Origin: Chloroherpetonaceae bacterium
GTDB taxonomy: Bacteria > Bacteroidota > Chlorobiia > Chlorobiales > Thermochlorobacteraceae
Length of the DNA stretch: 64,000 bases
NCBI GenBank assembly: GCA_025056565.1
Contig: JANWWA010000006.1
Coordinates: 48,102 to 112,101, forward strand
Reading direction: 5' to 3'
Below, one piece after another: positions 10,338-19,934 of the stretch (its first letter is position 1; each line of letters starts with the position of its first letter). The translations under genes were made by a program, and so were the position numbers. The notes beneath the pieces were generated by a model. That model was not told where the DNA came from and did no database searches. It saw only the letters and a program-made list of their open reading frames with translations.

Positions 10338-10736
10338 ATGCTGCGGTTAACGAAAAAATTTGAATATGGGCTTTTGGCAGTGCGCTACATTGCCACTACT
10401 CAAAATGGCGATGTTGCGACCGCAAAGGAAATTGCAGAAAAGACAAACATTCCATATGAGCTGGTTGCCAAGACCCTGCAGCAGATGGCGAAGTCTGGCA
10501 TTATTACCTCTGTTCAAGGCGTCAAAGGTGGCTATAAGCTCAACAAACCAGCTTCTGAGATTTCCTTCTCAGAAATCGCTGAGGCAATTGGTGAGCCGAT
10601 TCAGCTCATTGATTGCGAAACCAATCCAGAGGGTTGTGAAGCCTTTTCGGGCTGCGCGGTTAAAAAGCCGCTTAGCAAGATTCAGAAACGATTCCGAGAA
10701 ATTTTCAGCGAAGCCAAAGTTGCAGAAATTCTTTAA
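10338..10736 (+). CDS. iscR: Rrf2-family transcriptional regulator, IscR-like
   Basis: 132 aa. Rrf2 N-terminus MLRLTKKFEYGLLAVRYIA. Three clustered Cys (CETNPEGCEAFSGC) suited to Fe-S ligation. SD AAAAGGAGAGGG upstream. First gene of the isc cluster. Confidence 0.85.
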   Translation: MLRLTKKFEYGLLAVRYIATTQNGDVATAKEIAEKTNIPYELVAKTLQQMAKSGIITSVQGVKGGYKLNKPASEISFSEIAEAIGEPIQLIDCETNPEGCEAFSGCAVKKPLSKIQKRFREIFSEAKVAEIL

Positions 10737-10821
10737 GATAAGCCTTAAAATTTTTAGTATCGCTACTTGCTGAGGAATTGACACATACCATAAAACCTTA
10801 AATTCAAAGGAGATACTGATT

Positions 10822-12051
10822 ATGGCACTTGACCTGAGCCGACCGATTTATATGGACAACAATGCCACGACGCGAATGGATCCTCGCGTTCTGGAGGCTA
10901 TGCTCCCATACTTTACTGAAAAGTTTGGCAACGCTGCTTCTCGTAACCATAGCTACGGCTGGGAAGCCGAGGAGGCGGTTGAGAAAGCCCGTGAGCAAGT
11001 AGCAAAAGCCATCGGCGCAGATGCAAAGGAAATTATTTTCACCAGCGGCGCAACGGAGTCAGATAACATTGCGATAAAAGGCGCAGTCGAGATGTATGCC
11101 GAGAAAGGCAACCATATCGTTACGATGCAGACGGAACACAAAGCCGTGTTAGACACCTGCCGCCGCTTGGAACGTGAGGGTAAAGCTAAAGTTACTTACC
11201 TTCCACCGAAGCCCGACGGACTTGTTGACCTTGACCAGCTTGAAGCCGCTATCACCGACAAGACCATTATGGTCGCTATTATGATGGCCAACAATGAAAT
11301 TGGCGTCATTCAGCCGATGAAAGAAATCGGCGAAATTTGTCGCAAGCACGGGGTGCTCTTCTTTACCGATGCGGTGCAAGCGGTCGGCAAGGTGCCCGTT
11401 GATGTCAATGACATGAAGATTGATATTCTCTCAATTTCTGGGCACAAGATTTACGGTCCGAAGGGTATTGGTGCACTCTATGTGCGCCGCAAGAATCCCC
11501 GCGTCAAGCTTGCTGGAATTATTGACGGCGGCGGTCAAGAGCGCGGAATGCGCAGTGGCACGCTGAATGTGCCCGGCATAGTCGGTTTGGCTAAAGCCCT
11601 TGAGCTTTGCATTGAGGAGATGCCTACGGAAATGAAGCGCTTGACATACTTGCGCAATAAGCTTAAAGATGGCATTCTCTCTCAGCTCGAGGATGTCTAT
11701 GTCAATGGCTCAATGGAAAGCCGCTTGCCGGGCAATCTCAATATGAGCTTTGCATACGTGGAAGGCGAAGCCCTTCTGATGGGCTTAAAGGGATTAGCCG
11801 TCTCCAGCGGTTCAGCTTGCACTTCTGCTTCGCTGGAGCCATCGCATGTGCTCAAAGCCTTAGGTGTTGGCGACGAACTGGCCCACTCTTCAATTCGCTA
11901 CGGACTAGGTCGCTTCAACACCGAAGAAGAAGTTGACTACGCTATTAAAGTCACAGTAGAAGCAGTCAATCGCCTGCGTGAAATGTCGCCACTCTATGAA
12001 ATGGCAAAAGCAGGCATTGACCTGAAATCTGTGCAATGGAATCATCATTAA
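10822..12051 (+). CDS. iscS: cysteine desulfurase IscS/NifS (PLP-dependent)
   Basis: 409 aa. PLP-lysine region [20 protein letters not shown]. Active-site loop [26 protein letters not shown] upstream. Confidence 0.95.
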   Translation: MALDLSRPIYMDNNATTRMDPRVLEAMLPYFTEKFGNAASRNHSYGWEAEEAVEKAREQVAKAIGADAKEIIFTSGATESDNIAIKGAVEMYAEKGNHIVTMQTEHKAVLDTCRRLEREGKAKVTYLPPKPDGLVDLDQLEAAITDKTIMVAIMMANNEIGVIQPMKEIGEICRKHGVLFFTDAVQAVGKVPVDVNDMKIDILSISGHKIYGPKGIGALYVRRKNPRVKLAGIIDGGGQERGMRSGTLNVPGIVGLAKALELCIEEMPTEMKRLTYLRNKLKDGILSQLEDVYVNGSMESRLPGNLNMSFAYVEGEALLMGLKGLAVSSGSACTSASLEPSHVLKALGVGDELAHSSIRYGLGRFNTEEEVDYAIKVTVEAVNRLREMSPLYEMAKAGIDLKSVQWNHH

Positions 12052-12081
12052 CTTTAACTTCAACCTTATACGGAGGACAAA

Positions 12082-12507
12082 ATGGCTTACTCAGAAAAGG
12101 TCATTGACCACTACAACAATCCACGCAATGTCGGAAGCCTTGACCCCAACGATGAAACTGTAGGCACAGGCTTAGTCGGTGCACCCGAGTGCGGCGATGT
12201 GATGAAGCTCCAAATCAAGGTCAATGAAGAAACTGGCATCATTGAAGATGCAAAGTTCAAGACCTTTGGATGCGGTTCTGCAATTGCTTCTTCCTCGCTA
12301 GCCACAGAACTGCTTAAAGGCAAGACTATTGAAGAGGCGTTTGCCATCAAGAATACACAAATCGTACAGGAACTTAATCTGCCACCTGTCAAGATTCACT
12401 GCTCGGTGCTGGCAGAAGATGCTATCAAAGCCGCAATTGCTGACTTTAAGCGCAAGCAAGAAGCCAAGCGCCAAAAAGCACAAGAAGCGCTCTCTGCTAA
12501 TACTTAA
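12082..12507 (+). CDS. iscU: Fe-S cluster assembly scaffold IscU
   Basis: 141 aa. GAPECGDVMKL, FKTFGCGSAIASSS and KIHCSVLAEDAIKAA carry the three conserved Cys of IscU. SD GGAGGA upstream. Confidence 0.95.
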   Translation: MAYSEKVIDHYNNPRNVGSLDPNDETVGTGLVGAPECGDVMKLQIKVNEETGIIEDAKFKTFGCGSAIASSSLATELLKGKTIEEAFAIKNTQIVQELNLPPVKIHCSVLAEDAIKAAIADFKRKQEAKRQKAQEALSANT

Positions 12508-12573
12508 CCAATTTGGTCGGAAAGTTAGTTGCTGCGCTCTAACTTTCTGACCTACTCAAAAGGAGGTGAACCA

Positions 12574-12900
12574 ATGATTACGGTTAGCGAAAAAGCTCGC
12601 CAGCAAATTGAACGCCTGAAGGCACAGCAAAATTTGGGGCCAGAATACGGCATCCGCATTAGTGTCAAAGGTGGCGGTTGCTCTGGGCTTTCATATGGGT
12701 TAGACTTTGAGAACGAGGAACGTAAAGGCGATCAAATTTTTGAAGACAAGGGTATCAAGCTCTTCGTCGATATGAAGAGCTTCCTTTACCTTGCGGGCAC
12801 TCAGCTTGACTTCTCGGATGGTCTCAATGGTAAGGGGTTTCATTTCATCAACCCGAATGCTACTCGCACCTGTGGGTGTGGGGAGTCGTTTTCAGTCTAA
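12574..12900 (+). CDS. iscA: A-type Fe-S carrier (IscA/HesB/ErpA family)
   Basis: The ORF track starts at 12529. I prefer the ATG at 12574, preceded by AAAGGAGGTG. MITVSEKARQQIERL, GGGCSGLSY, and the C-terminal CGCGESF motif. Confidence 0.9.
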   Translation: MITVSEKARQQIERLKAQQNLGPEYGIRISVKGGGCSGLSYGLDFENEERKGDQIFEDKGIKLFVDMKSFLYLAGTQLDFSDGLNGKGFHFINPNATRTCGCGESFSV

Positions 12901-12912
12901 ACCCAAGTCGCT

Positions 12913-13511
12913 ATGCTGACTGCTACTGCCGCTGTCCCAGCTCCTCATCGTGAGCTTCATGAGCCAGATTATCCTGTGGAGGAGAAATTGGGACAGGGGA
13001 AAAACATGAGCTTCGGTTCACTGAGCTGCTGTCGTTCCTGCATATTCTTTTCAATGGCAGAAATGACATTATTGTCGGTGGTGACAGGTTTATTTACTAC
13101 GAGAAAGGCAATCTGAAGAAAGCCGCTCTACCCGATGCCTTTGTCATCAAAGGCTTTGTGGGCGATGAACCTGATGCGTTCAAAATCTGGGAAACTCCAA
13201 TTGACTTGCGCTTTGTGTGTGAGATTTGGTCAAACCAAAACGATGAAGCCGAGCGCCATCGCAAGTTTGCCATCTATCAAAACATTTTGCAAGAAACGGA
13301 ATATGCCGAGCTGACCCGAGATGAGGTGCTTTATGCTTATCGCTTGAACAGCGACGGTGAGTATGAACAAATCCTGCCCAATTCACCAGGGCGTCTCTGG
13401 CTCAGAGAGCTTGATGCTGAGCTGGCATTTGAAGATGGTCTCATTCGGGTCTATCGCAACGGAGAAAAAATCCCAACACTTAAAGAAGCCTTGAAAGACA
13501 GAAAAATGTAA
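12913..13511 (+). pseudogene. Uma2-family (DUF820) PD-(D/E)xK endonuclease, split by one frameshift near a G4A5 run
   Basis: The frame starting at ATG 12913 gives MLTATAAVPAPHRELHEPDYPVEEKLGQGKN. The adjacent frame, open from 12963, continues HELRFTELLSFLHILFNGRNDIIVGGDRFIYYEKGNLKKAALPDAFVIKG...FKIWETPIDLRFVCEIWS...LIRVYRNGEKIPTLKEA. Joined together these match the YPxSDG...H....YYEeGN...PDvFVv..ExxS layout of cyanobacterial-type Uma2 proteins. The frames switch at GGGGAAAAA (12996-13004). The second frame has no standard start before GTG 13158. Confidence 0.7.
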
Positions 13512-13846
13512 TGGGCGAAGTGCGAAGAATTCCTGTCCGAACACAGGAAGAACTCTGGTTCTTTGAAAAGCAGATCAACCTCTTTGATATTTTGGAGTTT
13601 TTCCCCTTCGATGCAATTGGCAAGAAAGATGGCACGCCGGGAAAAACGCTCATAATTGAGACAGATTTAGGCTGGTCATTTGAGACAGACATTGAGCACG
13701 GGAAGTTTTGCTTTCGCAAAAAGTCCAAATCTATGCCAGGCACAGGCAAGTGGGTTGTGGAGTCAGGCTTGAAAGTTGGCGACATCATTTGCCTCGAAAA
13801 ATTAGGCGAGTATCATTACAAGCTTTACAAAGAAACTTCATCTTGA
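13511..13846 (+). CDS. hypothetical protein (111 aa), translationally coupled to the Uma2 gene
   Basis: Its ATG overlaps the Uma2 stop (TAATG at 13509-13513). No family recognised with certainty. The C-terminal half (GKTLIIETDLGWSFETDIEH...GKWVVESGLKVGDIICLEKLGEYHYKLY) loosely recalls B3/EcoRII-N pseudobarrel DNA-binding domains. Confidence 0.5.
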   Translation: MGEVRRIPVRTQEELWFFEKQINLFDILEFFPFDAIGKKDGTPGKTLIIETDLGWSFETDIEHGKFCFRKKSKSMPGTGKWVVESGLKVGDIICLEKLGEYHYKLYKETSS

Positions 13847-13847
13847 A

Positions 13848-14030
13848 ATGTTTATGGATATGCTCTCTGCTTGCAGCGGTGCTGCATTGTTTTTGTCGCT
13901 TTTTCTCGGTTTTCCACGAGAAATTATGTCGAACTTTCTGAGCATTGCTGCGGAAAAAATCCAAGCACTCTACCAGCAGTCTCAGTTCTATGAGCTTTTC
14001 GGCGATCACGCCCAACCTAACTTAAACTAA
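13848..14030 (+). CDS. possible small membrane protein (60 aa)
   Basis: The ATG lies 1 nt after the stop of the 111-aa ORF. Hydrophobic N-terminus (LSACSGAALFLSLFLGF). Support is spacing only. Confidence 0.25.
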   Translation: MFMDMLSACSGAALFLSLFLGFPREIMSNFLSIAAEKIQALYQQSQFYELFGDHAQPNLN

Positions 14031-14040
14031 GCACACAACA

Positions 14041-14337
14041 ATGGATAACAAGGGCTTGATGGAATTCGACATTCAGGATTTTCTCTGGAACGGTATCCTC
14101 AAAGAGTCTGAATTTCGCAAGAAACTGGAAGAACACGATTGGTCGCAGTATGATAACCGTAAGGTAATTATCAAAGGCTGCGGCTCGACACCTATTCCAA
14201 CTTGGGCGTATATGGTCGTTACAGCCTATCTTGTTCAGCACGCTGAAAAAGTGATGTATGGTGAAGCCTGCTCCGCCGTGCCGATATTTAGGCGCACCAA
14301 AGCTAGCGCTACGACCGATATCAATTCCACCACTTAA
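14041..14337 (+). CDS. hypothetical protein, possibly DUF2480-like
   Basis: 98 aa. The segment FLWNGILKESEFRKKLEEHDWSQYDNRKVIIKGCGSTPIPTWAYMVVTAYL resembles my recollection of the Bacteroidota DUF2480 family. It appears shorter than typical members. Confidence 0.4.
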   Translation: MDNKGLMEFDIQDFLWNGILKESEFRKKLEEHDWSQYDNRKVIIKGCGSTPIPTWAYMVVTAYLVQHAEKVMYGEACSAVPIFRRTKASATTDINSTT

Positions 14338-14380
14338 CTGTCTACAACTTTTTCACTACTTGCTCATTCGTGTGCTCTAA

Positions 14381-14427
14381 GACCGATTTGCGATGCAAGG
14401 TCGGTAATTTCTGCCTTCTTGTTTTTT
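14381..14427 (+). terminator. Rho-independent terminator candidate after the 14041-14337 gene
   Basis: Imperfect hairpin GACCGATTTGC-gat-GCAAGGTCGGT (14381-14405, one bulge), followed by the T-rich AATTTCTGCCTTCTTGTTTTTT. Confidence 0.45.
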
Positions 14428-14437
14428 AAAAAGCCAC

Positions 14438-15211
14438 ATGGAAATTGCGCTGCCTGCTTTCGTCTCATTTGTTGCCTCACTTCTCACACTTTTCTCTGGC
14501 TTTGGGCTGGGCACACTGCTCTTTCCAGCTTTTGCACTTTTTTTCCCCGCTGAACTTGCTGTTGCCACTACTGCTGTGGTGCATTTTCTCAACAATCTCT
14601 TCAAGCTTGCTTTCTTAGGGAGATTTGCGGACAAAGAGGTTGTCTTGAAATTTGGTCTGCCTGCGATTGCCGCTGCATTTTTGGGCGCACAGCTTCTCTC
14701 TCTTCTTTCAGACATTCCACCTCTGTTTCGCTATACCGCACTGGGTATTGGTGGAGAGATCTCGCCTCTCAAGCTGGTTCTTGGTCCTGTGATGCTGGTC
14801 TTTGCCTTGATTGAGTTTTCCGATCGTGAGCACCGCTTCAGCTTCGACCGCCGATACCTGCTGCTTGGTGGGATTCTGAGTGGTTTTTTTGGAGGCTTGT
14901 CTGGTCATCAAGGGGCTTTGCGCACGATGTTTCTTCTGCGATGCAACTTGGAGAAAAAAGCCTTCCTTGCTTCAGGCATTGCGATTGCTTGCTTGATTGA
15001 CATATCACGCCTTACGGTTTATCAACATCGGTTTTCTACTACTCTACTTTCCGAAAATCTGCTTGCAATTGGCTGCTCGATTTTATCTGCGTTTTTAGGC
15101 GTCACCATCGGCACACGTCTTCTCGAGAAGGTAACGATGAAAGCCATTCAACGCACTGTAGCGGCGATGTTAATTGTTTTTGCACTGCTTCTGATGGCGG
15201 GTCTTATTTGA
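14438..15211 (+). CDS. TauE/SafE (DUF81) family anion exporter
   Basis: 257 aa, multi-pass membrane protein with an internally duplicated hydrophobic architecture. GFGLGTLLFPAF and GFFGGLSGHQGALR motifs are typical of DUF81. Confidence 0.8.
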   Translation: MEIALPAFVSFVASLLTLFSGFGLGTLLFPAFALFFPAELAVATTAVVHFLNNLFKLAFLGRFADKEVVLKFGLPAIAAAFLGAQLLSLLSDIPPLFRYTALGIGGEISPLKLVLGPVMLVFALIEFSDREHRFSFDRRYLLLGGILSGFFGGLSGHQGALRTMFLLRCNLEKKAFLASGIAIACLIDISRLTVYQHRFSTTLLSENLLAIGCSILSAFLGVTIGTRLLEKVTMKAIQRTVAAMLIVFALLLMAGLI

Positions 15212-15225
15212 GTTGGCACAGCTCC

Positions 15226-17199
15226 TTACGACAGCGGCAATTCAACAGTAAAAGTTGTGCCTTTGTTTTTTCCTTCAGAGTGCGCCCAAATTGTGCCACC
15301 GTGTAGCTCGACCAGCTGTTTGGCAATAGAAAGACCTAAGCCTGTTGAAGACTCTCCGCCTGTTGGTTTTGCAGAAAGTCTTTGAAAGCGCTTAAACAGC
15401 TTTTGCATATCTTCTTCCGTTAAGCCTTGCCCTTCATCTTGAACTACAATTTGCACGACAGGTAGATTGAGTTTTTCCCCTCTTTCTTGCCGCCTTAGAT
15501 GCACCCATATTTCTTTTTCAGGGTAGGAATACTTGATAGCGTTAGAAATCAAGTTTTCTATCACTTCACTTAGGCGACTTTCATCGACCGATACTGTAAT
15601 ACCTTCTTCAATATTTTCTTTTAGTTGAATGCGTTTCTTTACGGCACACGGCTCATAACTTGCTACGATATGCTGCGTTAGCTGGCTCAAATTGATGCGC
15701 TTGCGTTTTAGTTGAAGGTTTCCGCTATCCAGCACGCTCATTTCCAAAACCTGCTGCACAATGCTCAGCATTCGTTCTGCCGAGTCACGAATAAAGCACA
15801 GGATGCGCGTTTGTCGCTCAAGGTCAGCAGTTTGCAAGGCAATTTGCACCAATTCCAAGATGGCAGCCAATGGATTTTTGAGGTCGTGCGCTGCAATCGC
15901 CAGCAGCTCGCTTTTAAGCTGATTGGCTTCTCGAAGCTTCTGGTTAGCATCTGCCAGTTTTTCGTTTGCCTCAACTAACTCAATATTTCTTAGTCGATAA
16001 ATCTCTGCTTCCTGCTGGGCTTTTTCGACCTCATACTGCACTGATAGCGTATGAATTCGCTCTTCGGAGCGCTCTTTGAGCAACTGCACATTTATATGCT
16101 CATAGAGTTTGAAATATTCAAATGCTTGCTTGACATCGCCTTGCGTTTCGTAGCATTCCGATATTGCCTTGCACGCCTCTGCCACATACCGCTTCGAGCC
16201 AATTTGTGCCGCAAGGCTTTTGGTTTGTAGAAGATATCTTAAGGCACTCTGCCTTGCATCTGCATCGTGCTTTTGTTTGGCGTATAGATTGCCGATGTTG
16301 AGCAACGTTTCTACCTCAAAGAATGTATCACCCGCTTGACGAGTCAGGCTCAAACTTTTTTCATAGCACTGCAAAGCTTTCTCATACTCCCCTCTTTTCG
16401 CCCAGAGCAAACCTAAGTTGTTCAGAGCGTTGGCTTCGCCTTGCTTATCACCAAGTTCGGCATAGATTTTCTGGCTTTCTTGATAGCAGCGTTCTGCCTC
16501 TGCCTCTTCTCCTAACTCAACATAAACTAGCCCAAGATTACTGAGCGCGTGTGCATAACCTTGCAGATTCAGATGCTCGCAAAATCCATCTAAACCCTTC
16601 TGAGCGTACTCCTTAGCCTCCTTATACTTACCTGTTCGGTAATAGATAATACCAATGTTTGTGAAAGTTGCCGCTTGACCTTCCTTGTCTCCAATTTCTT
16701 CTCGGATTTGCAGGGCATTCAGGTAGTAGGAGAGCGCTGTAGGATAATCTTCCAAGCGCAGGTATAAGTTACCGATGTTATTTAGGCTAATTGCGATACC
16801 CTCTTTGTCGCCCAGCTGCTTGCGCAGCTCAACAGCGCGCAAGTGGCAATTCAGTGCTTCAACATTTTTTCCCAGTCGCTCCAGCGTGTTTCCGAGCCAG
16901 TTAATTGCTTTTGCTTCACCGAGTTTATCACCCAGTTCAACCATTTTCTTGCGAGCTTCTCCCAAGCATTGGTAGGCTTCCCCGAAGCTGGAGAGCACCC
17001 ACTGTGCCACACCTTGATGAAGCAAGCTATATGCTAACCCTCTCTGATAGCCGTTTTGCTCGGATAACTGCTGTGCAGCCCTTGCATCTTGCAACGCTTG
17101 CTTTGGGTTTTGAAATCGCTTCGCCCAGCTCCGTTCATTTAGCTCATCAATCTGTCGAATGCAGCTCCACAATTCGTGTGTCTTTGCTTGTTGCTCCAT
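15226..17199 (-). CDS. TPR-repeat sensor histidine kinase (orphan)
   Basis: 657 aa. About 380 aa of TPR repeats (LNNIGNLY, FTNIGIIY, LSNLGLVY, LNNLGLLW). Coiled coil. H-box IAAHDLKNPL. HATPase boxes NLISNAIKYS, QDEGQGL, GLGLSIAKQLVELHGG. Confidence 0.85.
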   Translation of the reverse strand: MEQQAKTHELWSCIRQIDELNERSWAKRFQNPKQALQDARAAQQLSEQNGYQRGLAYSLLHQGVAQWVLSSFGEAYQCLGEARKKMVELGDKLGEAKAINWLGNTLERLGKNVEALNCHLRAVELRKQLGDKEGIAISLNNIGNLYLRLEDYPTALSYYLNALQIREEIGDKEGQAATFTNIGIIYYRTGKYKEAKEYAQKGLDGFCEHLNLQGYAHALSNLGLVYVELGEEAEAERCYQESQKIYAELGDKQGEANALNNLGLLWAKRGEYEKALQCYEKSLSLTRQAGDTFFEVETLLNIGNLYAKQKHDADARQSALRYLLQTKSLAAQIGSKRYVAEACKAISECYETQGDVKQAFEYFKLYEHINVQLLKERSEERIHTLSVQYEVEKAQQEAEIYRLRNIELVEANEKLADANQKLREANQLKSELLAIAAHDLKNPLAAILELVQIALQTADLERQTRILCFIRDSAERMLSIVQQVLEMSVLDSGNLQLKRKRINLSQLTQHIVASYEPCAVKKRIQLKENIEEGITVSVDESRLSEVIENLISNAIKYSYPEKEIWVHLRRQERGEKLNLPVVQIVVQDEGQGLTEEDMQKLFKRFQRLSAKPTGGESSTGLGLSIAKQLVELHGGTIWAHSEGKNKGTTFTVELPLS

Positions 17200-17388
17200 A
17201 CACCTACCTGCGCCTCCTTTCTCGTTAGGGTTTTTTGATGCATGGCTAAGCCTGAGCTATGCGACTGCAACGCTCGGTTCGGAATCTATCGGGAAGATAC
17301 GGCAAATCTCTTGAAACGCGAGAGGTTGCTACAAAGCTGCATCAGATGTTTTTCAAGCCTTGAACCTATTTGGGCTGTTTCATTTCTC

Positions 17389-18324
17389 TCAACGCATAAC
17401 AATGCCAAATTGCAAGATGTTAGGCGAAATGGTAGTGCGTCCAAAGGCACGATTGTGGTAATCGAAATAAAAGCTAAGGGTAGGTGATGCGAAGAATTCA
17501 AAACCAATGGAGAGTTGCAAGTAGGATTCGTCACCGACAAGACGAATTGGTCGATCGCGCTGAAAATTCTCAATGATGCCAACAGGGCTTTGAAAATCCA
17601 GTGTTATGACACCGTTCAGTGAAGCACGCAGCATTAGTTCCTTTGCTGCAGCAATACCAAACTCAGCTCTGAAAGGCACTTGGTCGCCAAACTCCCCTCC
17701 TCGTAACCGAAATCCCACATCCATCGTGAAGGAACTGGGTGCGCTGCCAATTTTTTGCTGTATACCAAGTAGCGCACGCAGCTCATAATCCAAATAACCT
17801 GTGCCTGTTGGCACACGCAATGTTACATCACCGGTTGGAAATTTGATGCCCAGCTGTGCCGACAAACTGATGCCTTCGCTACTCAGGATAGGGCGAATAA
17901 TTGCGTATCGTGCTGCCAGCCATGAATCATCAAAGCCGCTTGCTTCTACTCGAAAGAGCCGCTCAGCTGGCAACAGACGTGGGTTGAGATTGTCAATATA
18001 GGTAAACTGAATGAAGCGATAGCCGAGCCGTGCAACCACTGTCAACCGTTCCGCCAGTCCATATTCGTAGTGGAAGGCAATGAGCCGTTCTGAGAATCGT
18101 CCATCGCTCAGTCGCTCTCCTGAAAACAGCGGGCGGCGAAATCCATCTTCAGCAAATTCATCGCTACCGTCAAGGAAGAGAGACTCAAACTGAAAGTATG
18201 AACGCCCTAAAGGCTGGGGCTCCACTCTTGCTGCTAAGCGCACTTGCGCACCCAGCACAACTGGCACGCATAGCAGCACAAACGAGGTTGCAAGTCGGCT
18301 CAGTATCCCCATTCTTTGCGTCAA
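17389..18324 (-). CDS. putative outer-membrane beta-barrel protein (hypothetical)
   Basis: 311 aa. Signal peptide (LSRLATSFVLLCVPVVLGAQ). Alternating amphipathic beta-strand pattern with aromatic girdle residues throughout. No family assigned. Confidence 0.5.
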   Translation of the reverse strand: MTQRMGILSRLATSFVLLCVPVVLGAQVRLAARVEPQPLGRSYFQFESLFLDGSDEFAEDGFRRPLFSGERLSDGRFSERLIAFHYEYGLAERLTVVARLGYRFIQFTYIDNLNPRLLPAERLFRVEASGFDDSWLAARYAIIRPILSSEGISLSAQLGIKFPTGDVTLRVPTGTGYLDYELRALLGIQQKIGSAPSSFTMDVGFRLRGGEFGDQVPFRAEFGIAAAKELMLRASLNGVITLDFQSPVGIIENFQRDRPIRLVGDESYLQLSIGFEFFASPTLSFYFDYHNRAFGRTTISPNILQFGIVMR

Positions 18325-18384
18325 GAATTCGCCGCAAAGATAACGCCCTACTGCATGGCTATCAAGCCCAATTTCCTTACTCTT

Positions 18385-19734
18385 TCAGAAGTAATCCTGA
18401 ATCTCAATACCAACCTTAAATTCTGACGCCCTGTTGTCTTCACTTGCATTGTGCCCATTCAGGGACGCACTACTGAATGTTTGTCCATTCCCACAGGGCG
18501 CGTTGGGCTGGGTCAGTATGTGCTCCTGCACTTGTGGGTAGATGTAGGTGTCGCCCTTGTAGTTTTTCATCACGACTTCCTTGTCATCCATCTTTTGGAT
18601 GTAGTGTGGCAAGAGTGGAATTTTGCCGCCACCGCCGGGCGAGTCAATCACAAAGTGCGGCACCCCTAAGCCAGAAATATGCCCGCGCAAGGCTTGAATA
18701 ATTTCCAGCCCTTTCTCGACACGCGTGCGGAAATGCTCTGTGCCACGCACAATGTCAGCTTGGTAGATATAGTAAGGTCGCACACGCATTTTCAGCAGCC
18801 CTTTCATTAGCTCTTTCATCGTCTCTGGGTCATCATTGACCCCTTTCAGCAGCACTGCCTGATTGCCAACTGGAATACCTGCATCCACCAAGCGCTCACA
18901 AGCCAGTTTGGCTTCTGGCGTGAGTTCTCTTGGGTGATTGAAGTGCGTGTTTACATAGACAGGGTGATACTTCTTGATGATATTCACCAGACGCTTGGTA
19001 ATGCGCTGAGGCAATACACAAGGGATTTTTGTGCCAATGCGGATAATTTCCACATGCGGAATTTCGCGCAGTGACTTTAGGATGAATTCAATGCGTCGGT
19101 CGGAGAGTGTCAGCGGGTCACCGCCCGAGAGCACCACATCACGAATTTCTGGATGTGCCTTGATGTAATCTAGACCAGCTTGGAGATACTTCAAGCTAAT
19201 TTTTGACGCATCTGAAACCTTCCGCTTGCGCGTGCAAAAGCGGCAATACACGGCACACTCGTGGGCAACAAGGAAGAGCACACGGTCAGGATAACGATGC
19301 GTGATACTAGGCACGGGCGAATCGCGCTCCTCATTAAGTGGGTCATCTACACCACAACCTTTAATCAGCTCGTCTCGGCTGGGCACGACCTGCCTATAAA
19401 TCGGGTCCCCCTTTTCTTTGATTAGCGAGGCGTAATAGGGGTTGATGCGGATGTTAAATTCTTTTTCCAGCTCCTTCATCGTCTCGAGGTCTTCTCCCCA
19501 GATGCGATGTACCTCTTCTGGCGTTTCAATGCTCTTAGCTAAGAGCGTTTTCCAAACTGTGTCCTCATCTTCTTCTTTGGGCGGCTGCTCAGTGTGAAGT
19601 GTTAGCAACTTCTGCTCCAAAGACTTCTTCACTAAGGTGCGAGACTTTCTTACGCGATGAGTTGGAGCCGTTACCAGCGTTACCTCTTCTGCAAGTGTCT
19701 CTTTCGTAACGGTCAGATTTTGGCGAGTCGACAT
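18385..19734 (-). CDS. kamA: lysine 2,3-aminomutase (KamA-family radical SAM / PLP enzyme)
   Basis: 449 aa. Radical-SAM CxxxCxxC as CAVYCRFCTRK. INPYYASLI. PLP region FVIDSPGGGGKIPL. Confidence 0.9.
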   Translation of the reverse strand: MSTRQNLTVTKETLAEEVTLVTAPTHRVRKSRTLVKKSLEQKLLTLHTEQPPKEEDEDTVWKTLLAKSIETPEEVHRIWGEDLETMKELEKEFNIRINPYYASLIKEKGDPIYRQVVPSRDELIKGCGVDDPLNEERDSPVPSITHRYPDRVLFLVAHECAVYCRFCTRKRKVSDASKISLKYLQAGLDYIKAHPEIRDVVLSGGDPLTLSDRRIEFILKSLREIPHVEIIRIGTKIPCVLPQRITKRLVNIIKKYHPVYVNTHFNHPRELTPEAKLACERLVDAGIPVGNQAVLLKGVNDDPETMKELMKGLLKMRVRPYYIYQADIVRGTEHFRTRVEKGLEIIQALRGHISGLGVPHFVIDSPGGGGKIPLLPHYIQKMDDKEVVMKNYKGDTYIYPQVQEHILTQPNAPCGNGQTFSSASLNGHNASEDNRASEFKVGIEIQDYF

Positions 19735-19934
19735 AGAAAGTGGCGTTTAGTTTTCGTCAAACCTTTGCCCTTTCTTAGTCAACTCTAATGCCAATTTTTC
19801 TCGCCTTCCTTGCTTTGAGGGCGTCTCTCGAGGCTTGTACAATCAAGGGGCTTTAGGCAGGCTGTTTTTTATGCTTTGCACTGCTCAGTGCATATTCTCA
19901 CAATGAGAAGCACAACCAAACTTTTTTGCTTAAA

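Noticed and set aside
18385-19734. kamA standing alone, without ablB or lysine-fermentation partners (kamDE, kdd, kce)
   Set aside because: Length and motifs are those of an ordinary KamA. Partner genes may lie elsewhere in the genome. Nothing in the sequence itself is unusual.
19735-19934. 200-nt leader upstream of kamA, examined as a possible lysine (L-box) riboswitch
   Set aside because: I could not find the conserved L-box elements I remember (AGAGGCGC-type 5' block, GCCGAAG, CTGTCA). Only a short GCACTG/CAGTGC hairpin is present. A covariance-model scan (Rfam RF00168) would settle it.
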